A DNA stretch of 64,000 bases from the human T2T-CHM13v2.0 reference genome, Homo sapiens. The number at the start of each line of letters is the position of its first letter. Within the stretch, counting starts at the first letter, position 1. The stretch is from the NCBI RefSeq assembly GCF_009914755.1, contig NC_060943.1; one strand, written 5' to 3'. The position numbers and the translations under genes were made by a program. The notes under the pieces were generated by a model that saw nothing but the letters and a program-made list of their open reading frames with translations, made no database searches and was not told where the DNA came from. Positions 1-24,637 of this stretch are shown piece after piece.

Positions 1-68
1 TGCTGGTTGTATTAATGACAGTGATGTTAGCTGCTGGAACGGATGAACCCCCAAATCTCAGTGGATCA

Positions 69-552
<484 letters not shown>

Positions 553-835
553 TCACTTGAACCCAGGAGGCGGAGGTTGCAGTGAGCCAAGATCATGCCG
601 CTGCTCACCGGCCTGGGCGACAGAGCAAGATTCTGTCTCAAAAAAACAAAAAACAAAAAAACAAAACAAAAAACTAAGGTTTTATGGATGAGTCTAGAAT
701 AACTCATCACCTGGCTAAACCTAATCCAGATCTAGCCCTGTGCCCCAGGAGGAAAAGGAGATGGGTTTAGTGAACCTGTCGAGTCAGTCTGCCATATTGG
801 GAGCTGTGGTCCCCTTATTCATTGCTGAGAAATAA

Positions 836-1501
<666 letters not shown>

Positions 1502-1704
1502 TGAGTGGGGCTGGAATGGGAGGGGTGTGGGAGGGCTCCCAGAGCCTAACTACCTCAGTATTCACTGAATGAGTGGCTCAAATGGGCCACATCTGCTCTT
1601 TGAGCCTCAGTTTTCTTTTCTGTAAAGTGGGTGCAATTGGGTCTCTTTTCTGAGGTTAAATCAAGTAATTTGGAAAAAGCACCTGAGATAAAGTGAGTGT
1701 ATTA

Positions 1705-1868
1705 CTATATTTCATGACTCTAAGATGCATAATGTTTCACATTTTAATGTCTTTGAAAACGAGATGTGTCTTATAATTGATGACTTATCATGGCTTAATT
1801 GGCAGCACTTTTGTCTTTCTTTGTGGTACATCTTATAATTGAGAGCATTTTAGATTTAGTCTAAATAC
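1705..1868. mobile_element. MER104-like Tc2/mariner MITE
   Basis: Degenerate terminal inverted repeats TATTTCAT..TCTAAGATGC / GCATTTTAGA..AAATAC; family named from memory. Confidence 0.55.
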
Positions 1869-2186
1869 CTAGACTATAAACTGAGCTTCAGTAGCAAAAA
1901 AGACCCAACAATCCAGTGGCCCAGATGAGGTCGAAGTTTGTTCCTCTCTCACGTAACAACCCTGATAAGGAGACTGCTGTTCCATGTGATCATTCAGGGA
2001 CCCAGGATTCTCCCACACTGTTACTCTGGCATCTCTGCATGGTCGAAGTGGGTCGTGGGGATGTCTGAATTGTAGCTCATGAGAAGGGGAAAAGAGAGGA
2101 AGTGGACAGCAAGCACTTTCCTTTTGAGTAAGTGAGGCAGAAAGGACACGCCTCATACCTTACTGTTGAGAACGTAGTCATATGGT

Positions 2187-2404
2187 CAGGGCTGGCTTAC
2201 TGGTTGTTGACAGTGGTGTCCATTCTGATTGGTTGGACGTCTATTGGAATTAGCTAGACGTCTATTCTGATTAGCTAGACGCCTATTCTGATTGACTAGA
2301 CGTCCATTCCGATAGGCTAGACGTCCATTCCTGGCTAGACGTCCATTCTGATTGGCTAGTGCCTGTGCAGCGCCGATTGCTACATATTTTGAATATTACT
2401 CCTG
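2187..2404 (-). mobile_element. hAT MITE (MamRep1894-like) containing an internal 21-bp tandem array
   Basis: Ends CAGGGCTG ... TTGAATATTACTCCTG; degenerate 8-bp target-site duplication catatggt / cacatggc. Confidence 0.6.
2218..2361. repeat. Minisatellite, 7 x ~21 bp (GTCYATTCTGATTRGCTAGAC)
   Basis: Units start at 2218, 2239, 2260, 2281, 2302, 2323 (18 bp) and 2341. Confidence 0.92.
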
Positions 2405-3056
2405 CACATGGCCTGGCCAACTGCAAGGAAGAGTGGGAAATGTCAGTCCTAGCTGGACAGGTGTGTGCCCAACTTACGCACTATTATTTTAGAAGAGGCG
2501 AACAGAGTTTGTTGGAAAATAGCATCTCCACGGTAGGAAGCTCTGGGAGTGGAAAAATTGGTAAGTTTGGTGACAGAACAGTGAAAAGAGAGACCTTTAA
2601 TCCTGAACGAGGATGGGGTGAATTTGGGAAGAGATGATGGTTGGGGAAGAAGACCTAAGAGAGGGTAATTGAGAACTGGTGACTTGGGAATCAGGATCCC
2701 CGAAAAAGAGGATGAGAAAAGCATCCCTTCTTCATAAATACTTACTGAGCACCCGCTAGGAACTAGGGCTCATGCTGGGCGCTGGGAACATAGATGAATA
2801 AGACCATGAACTTATTCTTCAAAGAACGCAGGGTCCTGTAAGAGTGGCAGACAGGGACAGGGATAATGGCAACGCAGCATGATGCTTGCAGTAATGGAGG
2901 TCATGCGGGCATGGCGGGGGCACGGGGAGGAGCACTGGCTAAGCCAGGAGATTTTCGGATGCATGAAGCAGAGTCTCACTGGAGTTTCCTTAGGGAAAAG
3001 GGGGTTTATTGGAAAAATAAACACACAGAGGAATTAAAGCCAGGAATTGAGGCTAA

Positions 3057-3248
<192 letters not shown>

Positions 3249-4293
3249 TGAGTAGCTGGGGTTACAGGCACGTGCCACCATGCCCGGCTAATTTTTTTTG
3301 TATTTTTAGTAGAGATGCCATGTTGGTCAGGCCAGTCTCGAACTCCTAACCTCAAATGAACTGCCCACCTCGGCCTCCCAAAGTGCTGGGATTCCAGCCG
3401 TGAGCCACCGAGCCCAGCTGGTTCTGTCTTTCTTATTCTATGCTTTCTCCCTCCCTCCCTCTGTCCATCTCCTTCCTCTCTCTCTCTCTTTCTCTTTGTT
3501 TCTCAGGCTTGCCTCTCCCAGACGCTGTTCAGTTCTTTACCCAGAATTTCTTCTCCCTCATAACTTCAGCTCTTGCTGGTCACAACTCATCCCTCCAGAT
3601 CTCATAGCAAAATGTCATCCCAAGAGAGGAAATGTATTAGCCTCAGTCTGCCTTCCAAACCAGGTTGCACAAGTCACAAGTCAGCCTGTGGAGTCAGGAA
3701 GGTTTCTAGGAGAAGGTATCTGAGCTGTGACCTGAGGGATGAATTGCTCATTGATTCATTTATTGATTGAAACGCCCTTTATTGAAAGTCTGCTATGTGC
3801 CAAGCATTGCTTTAGGCACAGGGTGTATATAGTGTTAAATAAGGTCCCTGCTCTCTCAGAGCTTACAATCTGATAAAAGAGAAATGCAATGAGCAAATAA
3901 GTAAAGAAAAGGAAATATCAAGCAGGCAATAACTTCTGCTATGAAAATCAAACTGGGGAATGTGATAAGAAATGCATAGGGGGCTATGCTAGGTGGGGTG
4001 GTCAGGAAAGGCCTTTCTGAATAGGTGAAATTTGGAGGTTAAAAAACATGGATAGGCCGGGCTGTGGCTCATGCCTGTAATCTCAGCATTTCGGGAGGCT
4101 GAGGCAGGAGGATCGCTAGAGGCCAGGAGTTCCAGGCCAGCCTGGGTAACATAGTGAGAACTCCATCTCTACAAAAAATTTAAAGATTAGCTGGGCGTTG
4201 GCCGGGCGTGGTGGCTCACACCTGTAATCCCAGCACTTTGGGAGGCCGAGGCGGGCGGATCACAAGGTCAGGAGATCGAGACCATCCTGGCTA

Positions 4294-4644
<351 letters not shown>

Positions 4645-4764
4645 CTAAAATAATTTAAAAAATTAAAATTTAAGAAATAGGTAGGCAAGGTGTGGTGGCT
4701 CACACCTGTAATCTCAGGGCTTTGGGAGGCTGAGGTGGGCGGATCACTTGAGGTCAGGAGTTCA

Positions 4765-5770
<1,006 letters not shown>

Positions 5771-6412
5771 TTGCCTGTTCGGAAGCCTGTTTGGGAGCCT
5801 GCACTGCTGGTGTGGCTAGAACATAGTGGGCAAGGGGAAGGAAGGTATGAGTAGCGGATGGAGAGGGTTGCAGGGCCCAGCTTGTGAAGGGCCTTTAGGC
5901 CAGGGGGCAGGGGTTTGGACATGATTCTTTTTTTTCTTTTTTTTGAGATACAGTCTCGCTCTGTTGCCCTGGCTGGAGTGCAGTGGCACAATCTTGGTTC
6001 AGTGCAACCTCAACCTCCCTCCCGGGTTTAAGTGATTGTCCTGCCTCAGCCTCCTGAATATCTGGGATTACAGGTGCCCGCCACCATGCCCGGCTAATTC
6101 TTGTATTTTTAGTAGAGACGGGGTTTCACCATGTTGGCCAGGCTGGTCTAAAACTCCTGACCTCAAGTGATCTGCCCCCCTCAGCCTCCCAAAGTGCTGG
6201 GATTACAGGCGTGAACCACTGCGCCCAGCCTGGACTTGATTCTGAGAGTAGTGGGGAGTTCACCGGAAATAGTATTCCAGTCAGGGGAAACGAGCATATG
6301 CAAAAACCCAGAGGGGAGAGAAACTTGGGCAGATGGTGGGACCACAATAGTTCCAAGCAGATGAAGGCCACAGAATTAGGAGTCAGAGTGACAGGCCAGG
6401 CGTGGTGGCTCA

Positions 6413-7033
<621 letters not shown>

Positions 7034-7474
7034 CTAGTCCAGTGACTGGGTGGATGACATGAGAGACAGTCAGAGTACCCAGGGTGATGTTGCATAGTGA
7101 AGATATTGAGGAGTCCAGGGACACCCCCAGCCATCCCCAGCCCTGGGCACTTCTAACCAGAGGAAGAGACATTTGAGCTCAGTCTTTAAGACACATGGAG
7201 TTGGTCAAGGCTGGGTACAGCGGCTCGTGCCAGTAATCCCAGCACTTTGGGAGGTCAAAGCAAGTAGATCATCTGAGCTTGGGACATGGCGAAACCTCGT
7301 CTCCACCAAAAATACAAAAATTAGTTGGGCATGGCGGTGCACATTTAAAGTCCCAGCAGCTTCACAGGAGGCTGAGGTGGAAGGATCACTTGAGCCTGTG
7401 AGGCAGAGGTTGCAGTGAGCCAAGATCACGCCATTGCACTGCAATCTGGGTGACAGAGTGAGACCCCGTCTCAA

Positions 7475-7511
<37 letters not shown>
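7475..7511. repeat. (AAT)n microsatellite in an Alu tail
   Basis: About 12 AAT units. Confidence 0.9.
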
Positions 7512-8280
7512 GGCCGGCAGTGGTGGCTCACGCCTGTAATCCCAGAACTTTGGGAGGCCGAGGTGGGCAGATCACAAGGTGAGGAGTTCAAGACCAGCCT
7601 GACCAACATGGTGAAACCCTGTCTCTACTAAAAATACAAAATTAGGCAGGCGCGGTGGTGCTTGCCTGTAATCCCAGCTACTCAGGAGGCTGAGGCAGGA
7701 GAATCGCTTGGACCTGGGAGGCGGAGGTTCCAGCGAGCTGAGATTGCACCATTGCACTCCAGCCTAGGTGACAGAGCAAGACTCCATCTCAATAATAAAT
7801 AAATAAATAAATAAGAAGAATAGTTGGTCAGGATAAGGGGTGGTATAAGGTTTTTCAGGCAGAGAGAACAGCATCTGCAAAGTCCTAGAGATAAGAAATC
7901 ACTTGACATGTTTGGGAGACACCTTGCAGCCAGTGTTGATAGAGAAAAAAAAAAAGAATTTTGGGGTGAAAAGAGTTTGAAGTTTGAGGGTGGGAACTCT
8001 CAGAGATGCGGCTTCAGAGGAAGGCAAAGCCAGAACAAAAACAGACTCTAGGGGCCTGGCACAGTGATTCACACCTGTAATCCCACTATGTTGGGAGGTT
8101 GAGGTGGGAGGATCACTTGAACTCAGGAGTTCAAGACCAGCCTGGGAAAAGTAGTGAGACCCTATCTCTACTTAAAAAAAAAAAGAGGCTGGGCGTGGTG
8201 GCTCATGCCTGTAATCCCAGCACTTTGGAAGGCCGAGGCAGGCGGATCACAAGGTCAGGAGATCAAGACCATCCTGGCTA

Positions 8281-9394
<1,114 letters not shown>

Positions 9395-9511
9395 TCACTG
9401 AGGCTGAGGTCAGGAGTTCTAGACCAGTCTGGCCAACATGGTGAAACCCCATCTCTACTAAAAATACAAAAATTAGCTGGACATGGTGGTGAACACCTGC
9501 AATCCCAGCTA

Positions 9512-9862
<351 letters not shown>

Positions 9863-10013
9863 TTAAAAAAGAAGGAAAGAAAAGGGGACTCTAGGGCCTC
9901 AACACCAAGCTGAAAGAGAGTCTGGAACCTTATCCTGGGGGGCACTGGGCAGCCAAGGGGAGGGTGCTGAGCAGGGAAGGGGTATATTCGTGTTTTTGAG
10001 ACCTTGGAGGTAA

Positions 10014-10490
<477 letters not shown>

Positions 10491-10493
10491 TGA

Positions 10494-10727
<234 letters not shown>

Positions 10728-11005
10728 TGACAGCTCGGGATCCAGGAGTTCCGGCTCCAAAACCCGCCTCCCGTGAAGCCCAGTAGTCTGGGCCCCCAGC
10801 CCCCTCCTCCCTTGGGACCCAGGACCCACAAAGCCCTCCAGCTTGGTGACCTTAGGCAAACCTCAGAATTCTTTGAGCCTGAGTTTCCCCTGAAAGCGCT
10901 AACCATAGTTTTAGCTGCCGCCTATCCCTTCCTCCATATCCTCTCTTCATGAGAGAGTCTAAGGAGGGGGTCCCCAAACTCCCCAAGCCTGGTCACTGCC
11001 CGCAG

Positions 11006-12425
<1,420 letters not shown>

Positions 12426-12504
12426 TGAAGTGACATCATTTCTGAACCTCAGTTTCCTAATCTACAAGATGGAAGAAATAATTTCCCTACCCAGAAGACA
12501 TTTC

Positions 12505-12667
12505 ATCAAGAGGCTAAAGAAGCTTGAGCTCAGGAGCCTTCTCTTGCACTGCAGCTTCCAAGCCCTGCACCTGGTTTTGTATTCATAAGGTTGAATTATT
12601 TTTTCTCAAAGAGAGCCCTCCAAATTGTGCAAGCTTCAGGCCCCACAAAACCCAAGTGTTTTCCTGT
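12505..12667. mobile_element. MER53-like hAT relic
   Basis: ...gccctccaaattgtgcaagcttcaggccccacaaaacc... resembles MER53 as I remember it. Confidence 0.45.
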
Positions 12668-13238
12668 ACTAGGTATGAGATGAAGAGAACAAATTAGCAT
12701 GGTACCAATACCTTGTAAGCACTTAAGTCACCATCAGTGTTTACTGAGCATCTACTATGTGCCAGGTGGTGGGCTCCACACTGGGAACACAGTGGCAAAT
12801 GAGGAAGACACAAATCCCTGTCCGGTAGGATCTCTCAGCCTTGTGAAGGAGGCAGAAGATAAGCTTCTACTTCTCTCTCTCTCTCTCTTTTTTTTTTTTT
12901 TTTTCAGACAGAGTCTCACTCTGTCGCCCAGGCTGGAATGCAGTGGCACCATCTCGGCTCACTGCAACCTCAACCTGCCTCTCAGGTTTAAGCGATTCTC
13001 CTGCCTCAGCCTGCCAAGTAACTGGGATCACAGGCACGCACCACCACGCCTGGCCAATTTTTGTATTTTTAGTAGAGACGGGGTTTCACCATGGTGGCCA
13101 GCCTAATCTCAAACTCCTGACCTCAGGTGATCTGCCCACCTCAGCCTCCCAAAATGCTGGAATTACAGGCGTGAGCCACTGCACCCGGACAAGGGTTTTA
13201 ACTACAGAAGATGGTGTGGGGATATATAATCAGATTTA

Positions 13239-13442
<204 letters not shown>

Positions 13443-14044
13443 CTACTGCAAGGTTTATGCCAGAGACAGAGTGGGGGTGTGCAATAGGAAGGTGACAGCA
13501 GACAGATGCAGGGTGTGGTTAGAGAGCTGCCCACCAGATGGGCTGGTGGCTTTGAGATGGATTGGGTAGAGGGACCATTGCTGAGCTGGAGAAGCGTACA
13601 TCGGCCAAGGGCAACAGTGCTTGTCAGTTCCCACTTGCTCTCTGAAGTGTGAGCAAAGCTCCTGGGAGAGGGGAGGGGCTGGAAGAAGAGCCATCCCTTC
13701 CTTTGTGTTTTGTTTTCTGTTTATTTCGCCCAGTGGTGTCTCCTGTGGCCTCCCCTTTGCACCAAGGTCTCTGCAGGGCACACTGAGAAGCACCACGTGG
13801 GGCCCCTGCTTGCAGGCAGCACACTGCAGAGGAGTGACAAGGTCCTATTTATGCCCCACCAAGTTGCCCAGCAGAGGTGACAGGCGTGTCCCCAGCTGCC
13901 GCAGTGACAGTCCAGGGTGCTGACCTTGCTGTGACGGGGGCAGTCCTGACAGCTCACACTTGGCCCTGGAAAGTTGAATCACCTGGTCCTAATCTCAATG
14001 AAATGGTGATTTGGGTTTATTGTTGGTGAGCTCCCAGGGGCTAA

Positions 14045-14494
<450 letters not shown>

Positions 14495-15357
14495 TAAAGC
14501 ATGGGTGCTTGAGAGAGTGATCAGGACAGAAAGGAGAGTGTGACAAGGCTGAGTGGCAGGGACTTTGTCCTGGGGGTGCTAGGGAGCCTGGGGAGGGCTG
14601 TAAGCAGGGGAGGGGCCAGGTCCTCTCTGTGCTGTGTGGGGGATAGGCTGTAGGGGACAGACAGGAGCTCAGGAGGCTGGGGAAATGGTTGGTGGGAGGA
14701 GATGAGGCCTGAGCCCTGTTGGCCATGAGAATGGAGAGGAGAGGCCCAAGTAGCATCAGGGGCAGGAGCGTGGGGCTGGATACTGACAGGCTGTGGCCAG
14801 CGAGGGAGAGGGAGGGAGGAAGGGAGGACGGCAAATGAGGTTTGGGCCTGTGACTGGGTGGATGGTGGGGCTCCCATCATGAGGAGCGTGGGAGCTGGTC
14901 TGGGCTCAGCATGGGACATGATGAATGGCCTGAGGAGATGGCTGGGGTAGGTGGAGGCTTGGGCCTGTGACTCAGGAAACATTTAGGAGACAGTTTCTAT
15001 TTGGTGGCTGAAACCACAGAAATGCCTGCGACGGCTCTCTTTGAGAATGGCTGCCTCCTAGGGGTATGGGTGTGCCATAAGACTATCTTGGAGATGGAGA
15101 AGCAGAGATAGGGCCAGAATAGGATGGGGTCAGATCTGGGCTGCACCTTGTTCCCTGCTGGTAGTACCCTAGGGTTTTTTTTCTTTCTTTTTTCTTCCTT
15201 TTTTTTTTTTGTAGAGACAGGGAGTTCAAGGCCAGTCTGGTCTTGAACTCCAGGCGTCAAGTGATCCTCCTGCCTCAGCCTCCCAAAGTTCTGGGAGTAC
15301 AGGCGTGAGGCACCGCCCCAGCCTGATCCCCGAGTCTTTTGCTTGGCTGAGCCATAA

Positions 15358-15603
<246 letters not shown>

Positions 15604-15729
15604 TAGGGCCTCTCGGGAGGTGCCAGATGCCTTGAGGGCCACTGGGAATTGTAGTTCTTTCTTTTTTTTTTTTCCCTTCCTTATTGAGAAGGGATTTGGG
15701 GTCCATGTCCACGTCCTGGCCCCCTGCAG

Positions 15730-15959
15730 GCCCTGGCGGTTCAACCTTCACCATTGGGAAATCCATCTGGCTGCTCTGGGCCCTGGTGTTCAATAATTCG
15801 GTGCCCGTGGAGAACCCCCGGGGAACCACCAGCAAAATCATGGTGCTGGTGTGGGCCTTCTTCGCCGTCATCTTCCTCGCCAGCTACACAGCCAACCTGG
15901 CCGCCTTCATGATCCAGGAGGAGTACGTGGATACTGTGTCTGGGCTCAGTGACCGCAAG
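15730..15959 (+). CDS. GRIN2D: GRIN2D coding exon, M2 pore loop and M3 (230 bp)
   Basis: [18 protein letters not shown]...[25 protein letters not shown]. The SYTANLAAF gate is intact, and Leu at the M3 S/L site is typical of GluN2C/2D. Confidence 0.98.
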
Positions 15960-16385
15960 GTGTGTGTGGGCCCAGGGCTGGGCTGGAGATGGGGCTGGGG
16001 CTGGAGGTCACAGAGCTTGTCATGTGGTAGATTAGAGGGGATTCTTGCGGGGGGCGGGGGTGAGAGGGGTGGGGGGAGGGCGGGAAGGGGTCTCTTCCCA
16101 AGGAGAATTCCAGAATGGTAGAATGGAATGTTGTGGATGAAGAAAGAACACGGTTCACGATGAGCTATTTAAAATATTCCTAGGGAAGAGGGTGTCCCTG
16201 AATGTTCTAGGGGCAGTTGTGTCAAATAGGATATTCTAGAACCAGTGCTTCTCTCAAACTGTGAGGAAGGATTAATTTTTGAAACTTCTAAGGCTGGGCG
16301 CGGTGGCTCACACCTGTAATCCCAGCACGTTGGGAGGCCGAGGCGGGCGGATCACGAGGTCAGGAGATCGAGACCATCCTGGCTA

Positions 16386-16589
<204 letters not shown>

Positions 16590-16624
16590 CTAGTCCATTG
16601 CAGACAATGCTTTTGTAAAATTCA

Positions 16625-16993
<369 letters not shown>

Positions 16994-17263
16994 TCACATT
17001 TTTATTTATTAGATTCAACAGACGAAAAAGAATTCTGTCAAATCACTCTAAATGCTCACTCTCTCCATTCCTGTACACATCTCACTGCAATCACCGTTTG
17101 TTGAGGGACTGGTGGTTTGCAGAGCATACTTTGAGACTAAAGTGATTAACTAGCTGGGTGTCATGACCTATTAGAGGCTTGAGAAATCAGTTTGATGGGT
17201 TGCAATAAGCATTTTTTAATGGAATGGAGTAGAATAGAATAGTTGCCTGCATCTTATGTATAA

Positions 17264-17356
<93 letters not shown>

Positions 17357-17412
17357 TGAGGTTGGTAGTTCGAGACCAGCCTGACCAACATGGAGAAACC
17401 CCATCTCTACTA

Positions 17413-17670
<258 letters not shown>

Positions 17671-17909
17671 TCAGTAAGTGAAGACTTAACACCTGGCACA
17701 TCAGGGGCCTCAGGGAGGCTTCTCGTGAACTTTTGGATCACGTGTCTGCAACCGTGTGTGCTGGGTGGGAGTGGAAAAGCATTCCCTAATGTAGTGAGCG
17801 AGTGTTGAGAAATATTGAACACTCCTGGGACTGGGGTGTCTGCCAGATAGCAGGTGTGTCTCAGAATGGGTGATTTATGTTAGGGATGTCCCTGCGGAGG
17901 GTGCCCTAA

Positions 17910-18230
<321 letters not shown>

Positions 18231-18539
18231 TGAGGGTGGAAGTGGACTCCTCCTCCCAGGAGCAGGCTCCTTGGGATATTTTCTGGGATGCAGTATTTCT
18301 GGATTCTGGGGTGAGACTGATGGGGCTCAAATCTTTGCTCTTCCCCTTCTTGGCTTTGTGACCTTGGGCAAGTTACTCAGCCTCTCTGAACCTCTGTTTC
18401 CTCCTCTGTAAAATGAGGATAACAAGAGTATCCCCACTGTAATGATCATAAGGTTGTTACAAGAATTATACTAGTAAGCCGGGCACGGTGGCTCATGCCT
18501 GTAATCCCAGCACTTTCAGAGGCCAAGGCAGGCGGATCA

Positions 18540-18803
<264 letters not shown>

Positions 18804-19196
18804 TTATTTATTTAGAACAGTGCCTGGTGCACTATAGGTGTTTGCTGATATTATCATTATCATTAGACCTGAACTCACTGGAATCAATGCTTAGATTGTG
18901 TTTCTTATCTTTTTACATCCCTTTCCCAAATCATAGGGATGAAGTTAAATTCAGAGGCCAGGCGCAGTAGCTCACGCCTATAATCCCAGCACTTTGTGAG
19001 GCGGAGACGGGCAGATCACTTCAGGTCAGGAGTTGGAGACCACCTGGCCAACATAGTGAAACCCCATCTCTACTTAAAATACAAAAATTAGGCTGGGTGC
19101 GGCAACAGGCTCTTGGGAGGCCGAGACGGGCAGATCATTTGAGGTCAGGAGTTTGAGAACAGCCTGGCCAACATGATGAAACCTTGTCTCTACTTA

Positions 19197-19454
<258 letters not shown>

Positions 19455-20384
19455 TTACTCAGTCCTTCCGTGTGCATTTTTCTTATCCTCTGCTGTACGC
19501 TAAGCGGTGAACAAATAGACCCGATTCCTAGGTCTAGAGGTGGGAAATGAACAATAAACATGCAAACAGAAAAATCAAGATCTCTTCAGAAAGTGATGGT
19601 GAGCTAGAGGGCGGCAGGGCTGGGATATTTTCACCAGGGTGTTCAGGGTGGGCTTCTCGGAGGAGGTGACATTTGTGCAGAGCCCTGCAGGAGGTGAAAG
19701 AGCTAGCCAGGTGGACTTCCGGAAGCAGAGCCTTCAGACGGAGGGAACAGAGTGTGCAAAGGGCCTGAGGAAGGTGCAGTGTTGGTTTACTGGAGGAACA
19801 GCAAGAAGGCCAGTGTGGTTGAAGGGCAAGGAGCTGAGGTGAGAGAGTAGATGAGGGGAGGATTCTGGGCATGAGGCCAAGGTCAGGGCTGGACTTTATG
19901 CTAAAGGCGGTGAGAAGCCTTGAGGTGTGGAGATTTTACGTAAGGAAGGGTATGATCTGATTTCTGTTTTTGTTTGTTTTGAGACAGGATCTCACTCTGT
20001 TGCCCAGGCTGGAGTGCAGTAGTTCGATCTCAGCTCACTGCAACCTCCGCCTTCCCTGGGTTCAAGCAATTCTCCCACCTCAGCCTCCTGAGTAGCTGGG
20101 ATTACAGGCGTGCACTACTATGCCTGGCTAATTTTTGTATTTTTGGTAGAGATGAGGTTTCACCATGTTGGTCAGGCTGGTCTTGAACTCCTGACATGAG
20201 GTGATCTGCCTGCCTCAGCCTCCCAAAGTGCTGGGATTAGAGGCGTGAGCCACCATGCCTGGCTTAAAAAAATTTCTAATGCCCAATGCAGTGGCTCACA
20301 CCTGTAATCCTAAAGCTTTGTGAGGCCAAGGTGAGAGGATCACTTAAGACCAGGAGTTCAAGACCAGCCTGTGAAACATAGTGA

Positions 20385-20621
<237 letters not shown>

Positions 20622-20998
20622 TAGCCAGGATGGTCTCGATCTCCTGACCTCGTGATCCACCCGCCTCAGCCTCCCAAAGTGCTGGGATTACAGGCGTGAG
20701 CCACCGCGCCTGGCTGGAAATTACTTTTAATAATATATTTTACCTAACTATGTCCAAAATATTATTTTGACACGTAATCAGTATAAACATGGGTGAGACC
20801 GTTTACATAATTTTTTTCCCCACACGCTGTCTTTGATATCTGTGGCATTTTACACTCACAGCACATCTAGGTTCAGAGTGACCACATTTCAAGTGATCCA
20901 CAGCCCTAGTGGCGTGTCACTGCTGCACTGGACCGCCCAGGTCGACATCACCCAAATGCAAAAAGTTTCCTAGTCAACATAATGAACAGAAAATATAA

Positions 20999-21577
<579 letters not shown>

Positions 21578-22261
21578 TGATTTCACTATGTTGGTCAGGC
21601 TGGTCTTGAACTCCTAACCTTAAGTGATTCACCTGCTTCGGCCTCCCAAAGTGCTGGGATTACAGGCGTGAGCCACCGTATCCAGCGGATGGCACTTTCC
21701 AAATCTACTTGGTTCCCAAGTTTTGGATAGCAAGTGGTGAGAATGTGACTAGCAAGACAGACCAGCCCCATCTCTCAAAATGAACCTAAATCTGTCCCCG
21801 CCTTGAGTTCAGAGAAAGCAGGATACCTGTATTTTTTTTCCCATACAAATGTCAGCCACATCACCAGCCTTTAATAAGTAAAAATAGCTGAGGCCTCATC
21901 CCGTGTCTTTTTATAGATATTTTTCATCTTTTTTTTATTGAGATATATACATAGATACAGTGAGGTACAGTGAGGTACAAAAAGCGTGCAACTCATTATT
22001 TATACATTCATAGACATCCATGTGACCAGGTCCAGATTAAGGTATGGTGAATTTCCCGGCTTCTCATAAAGCTTCCCCTGCCCCTCCAGTCACCATAGAA
22101 TATCATATAATTAGTTTTGCCTGATTTTGAACGTCCTCTAAACAGAATCAAACAGTGCATATAATACCTTCCTGTCTGGCTTATTTTCCTCAGTGTTATC
22201 ACCAGATTGTTCCTTCATTGCTGAATACCGTTGAGTATACCATTATATAAATATACCATAA

Positions 22262-22666
<405 letters not shown>

Positions 22667-22689
22667 TAGCTGAATATTCTCTTTTTTAA

Positions 22690-22854
<165 letters not shown>

Positions 22855-23301
22855 TGAGCAGGTGGGATTACAGGCACACACCACCATGCCCGGCTAATTT
22901 TTGTATTTTTAGTAAAGACGGGGTCTCACCATGTTGGCCAGGCTGGTCTCAAATTCCTGACCTCAAGTGATCTGCCCACCTCGGACTCCCAAAGTGCTGG
23001 GATTACAGGCGTGAGCCACCACACCTTGGCCCATTATGAATATTCTACTATGAACATTCTTGTACAAGTGTTTGGGGGACATACACATTCCTTTTCCTTG
23101 GTTGTATTCCCATAGGTGGAACTACCCGGTCATAGGGAGAGTATGCTTAGCTATAACAGATACTGTCAGACATCTTCCAAAACAGTTAGGCACAGTGGCT
23201 CATGCCTGTAATCCCAGCACTTTGGGAGGCTGAGGCAGGCAGGTCACTTGAAGTCAGGAGTTCGAGACCAGCCTGGCCAACATGGCGAAACCCTGTCTCT
23301 A

Positions 23302-23523
<222 letters not shown>

Positions 23524-24211
23524 TTACACTCTCATTCAGCAATGCAAGAGAGTTCTACTTGTTCCATATCCTTCTTGCCTCCTTGCCAGGGCTTGGGATC
23601 ATTCCTATATCTTCTTTTCTTTTTTTTTTTTTTTTTTTTTTTTTGAGACAGAGTCTCACTCTGTTGTCCAGGCTGGAGTGCAGTGGCGCGATCTCGGCTC
23701 ACTACAACCTCCGCCTCCTGGGTTCAAGCAATTCTCTGCCTCAGCCTCCTGAGTAGCTGGGATTACAGGCATCTGCCACTATGCCCGGGTAATTTTTGTA
23801 TTTTTAGTAGAGATGGGGTTTCACCATCTTGGCCAGGTTGATCCACCTTGAACTCTTGACCTTGTGATCCGCCCGTCTCGGCCTCCCAAAGTGCTGGGAT
23901 TACAGGCGTGAGCCACCCTCCTTGGTCTACTCCTGTATCTTTTTAATTTACTTTGATGTTTATTATATATCAAGTCCTGTTCTAACTAATTTAAGTTCAC
24001 AATTAGTTTGCAAAAAATTAATCAAATCAATGTTTTGATTCATAGTCCTGGAGGCTAGGCATCCTCTTGGCTCCTTCAGAGGGCTGTGAGGGAAGGATCT
24101 GTCCAGGCCTGCCTCTCCTTGGCTGTTGACTCTTGATCCCTGTATCTCTTCCCATCATCTTCCCTCTGTTTGTGTCTCTGTGGCCAAGTTCTTTTTTTTT
24201 TTTTTTTTTGA

Positions 24212-24523
<312 letters not shown>

Positions 24524-24526
24524 TGA

Positions 24527-24637
<111 letters not shown>

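Larger units (their letters stand above)
1870..2470. mobile_element. MLT1-type (MaLR) LTR relic, interrupted by a hAT MITE
   Basis: MLT1-like motifs (...cattcagggacccagg..., ...actgcaaggaagagtgggaaatg). Confidence 0.5.

Noticed and set aside
2218-2361. 21-bp repeat array as a CRISPR-like locus
   Set aside because: The units are contiguous with no unique spacers, and the context is a eukaryotic intron inside a MITE.
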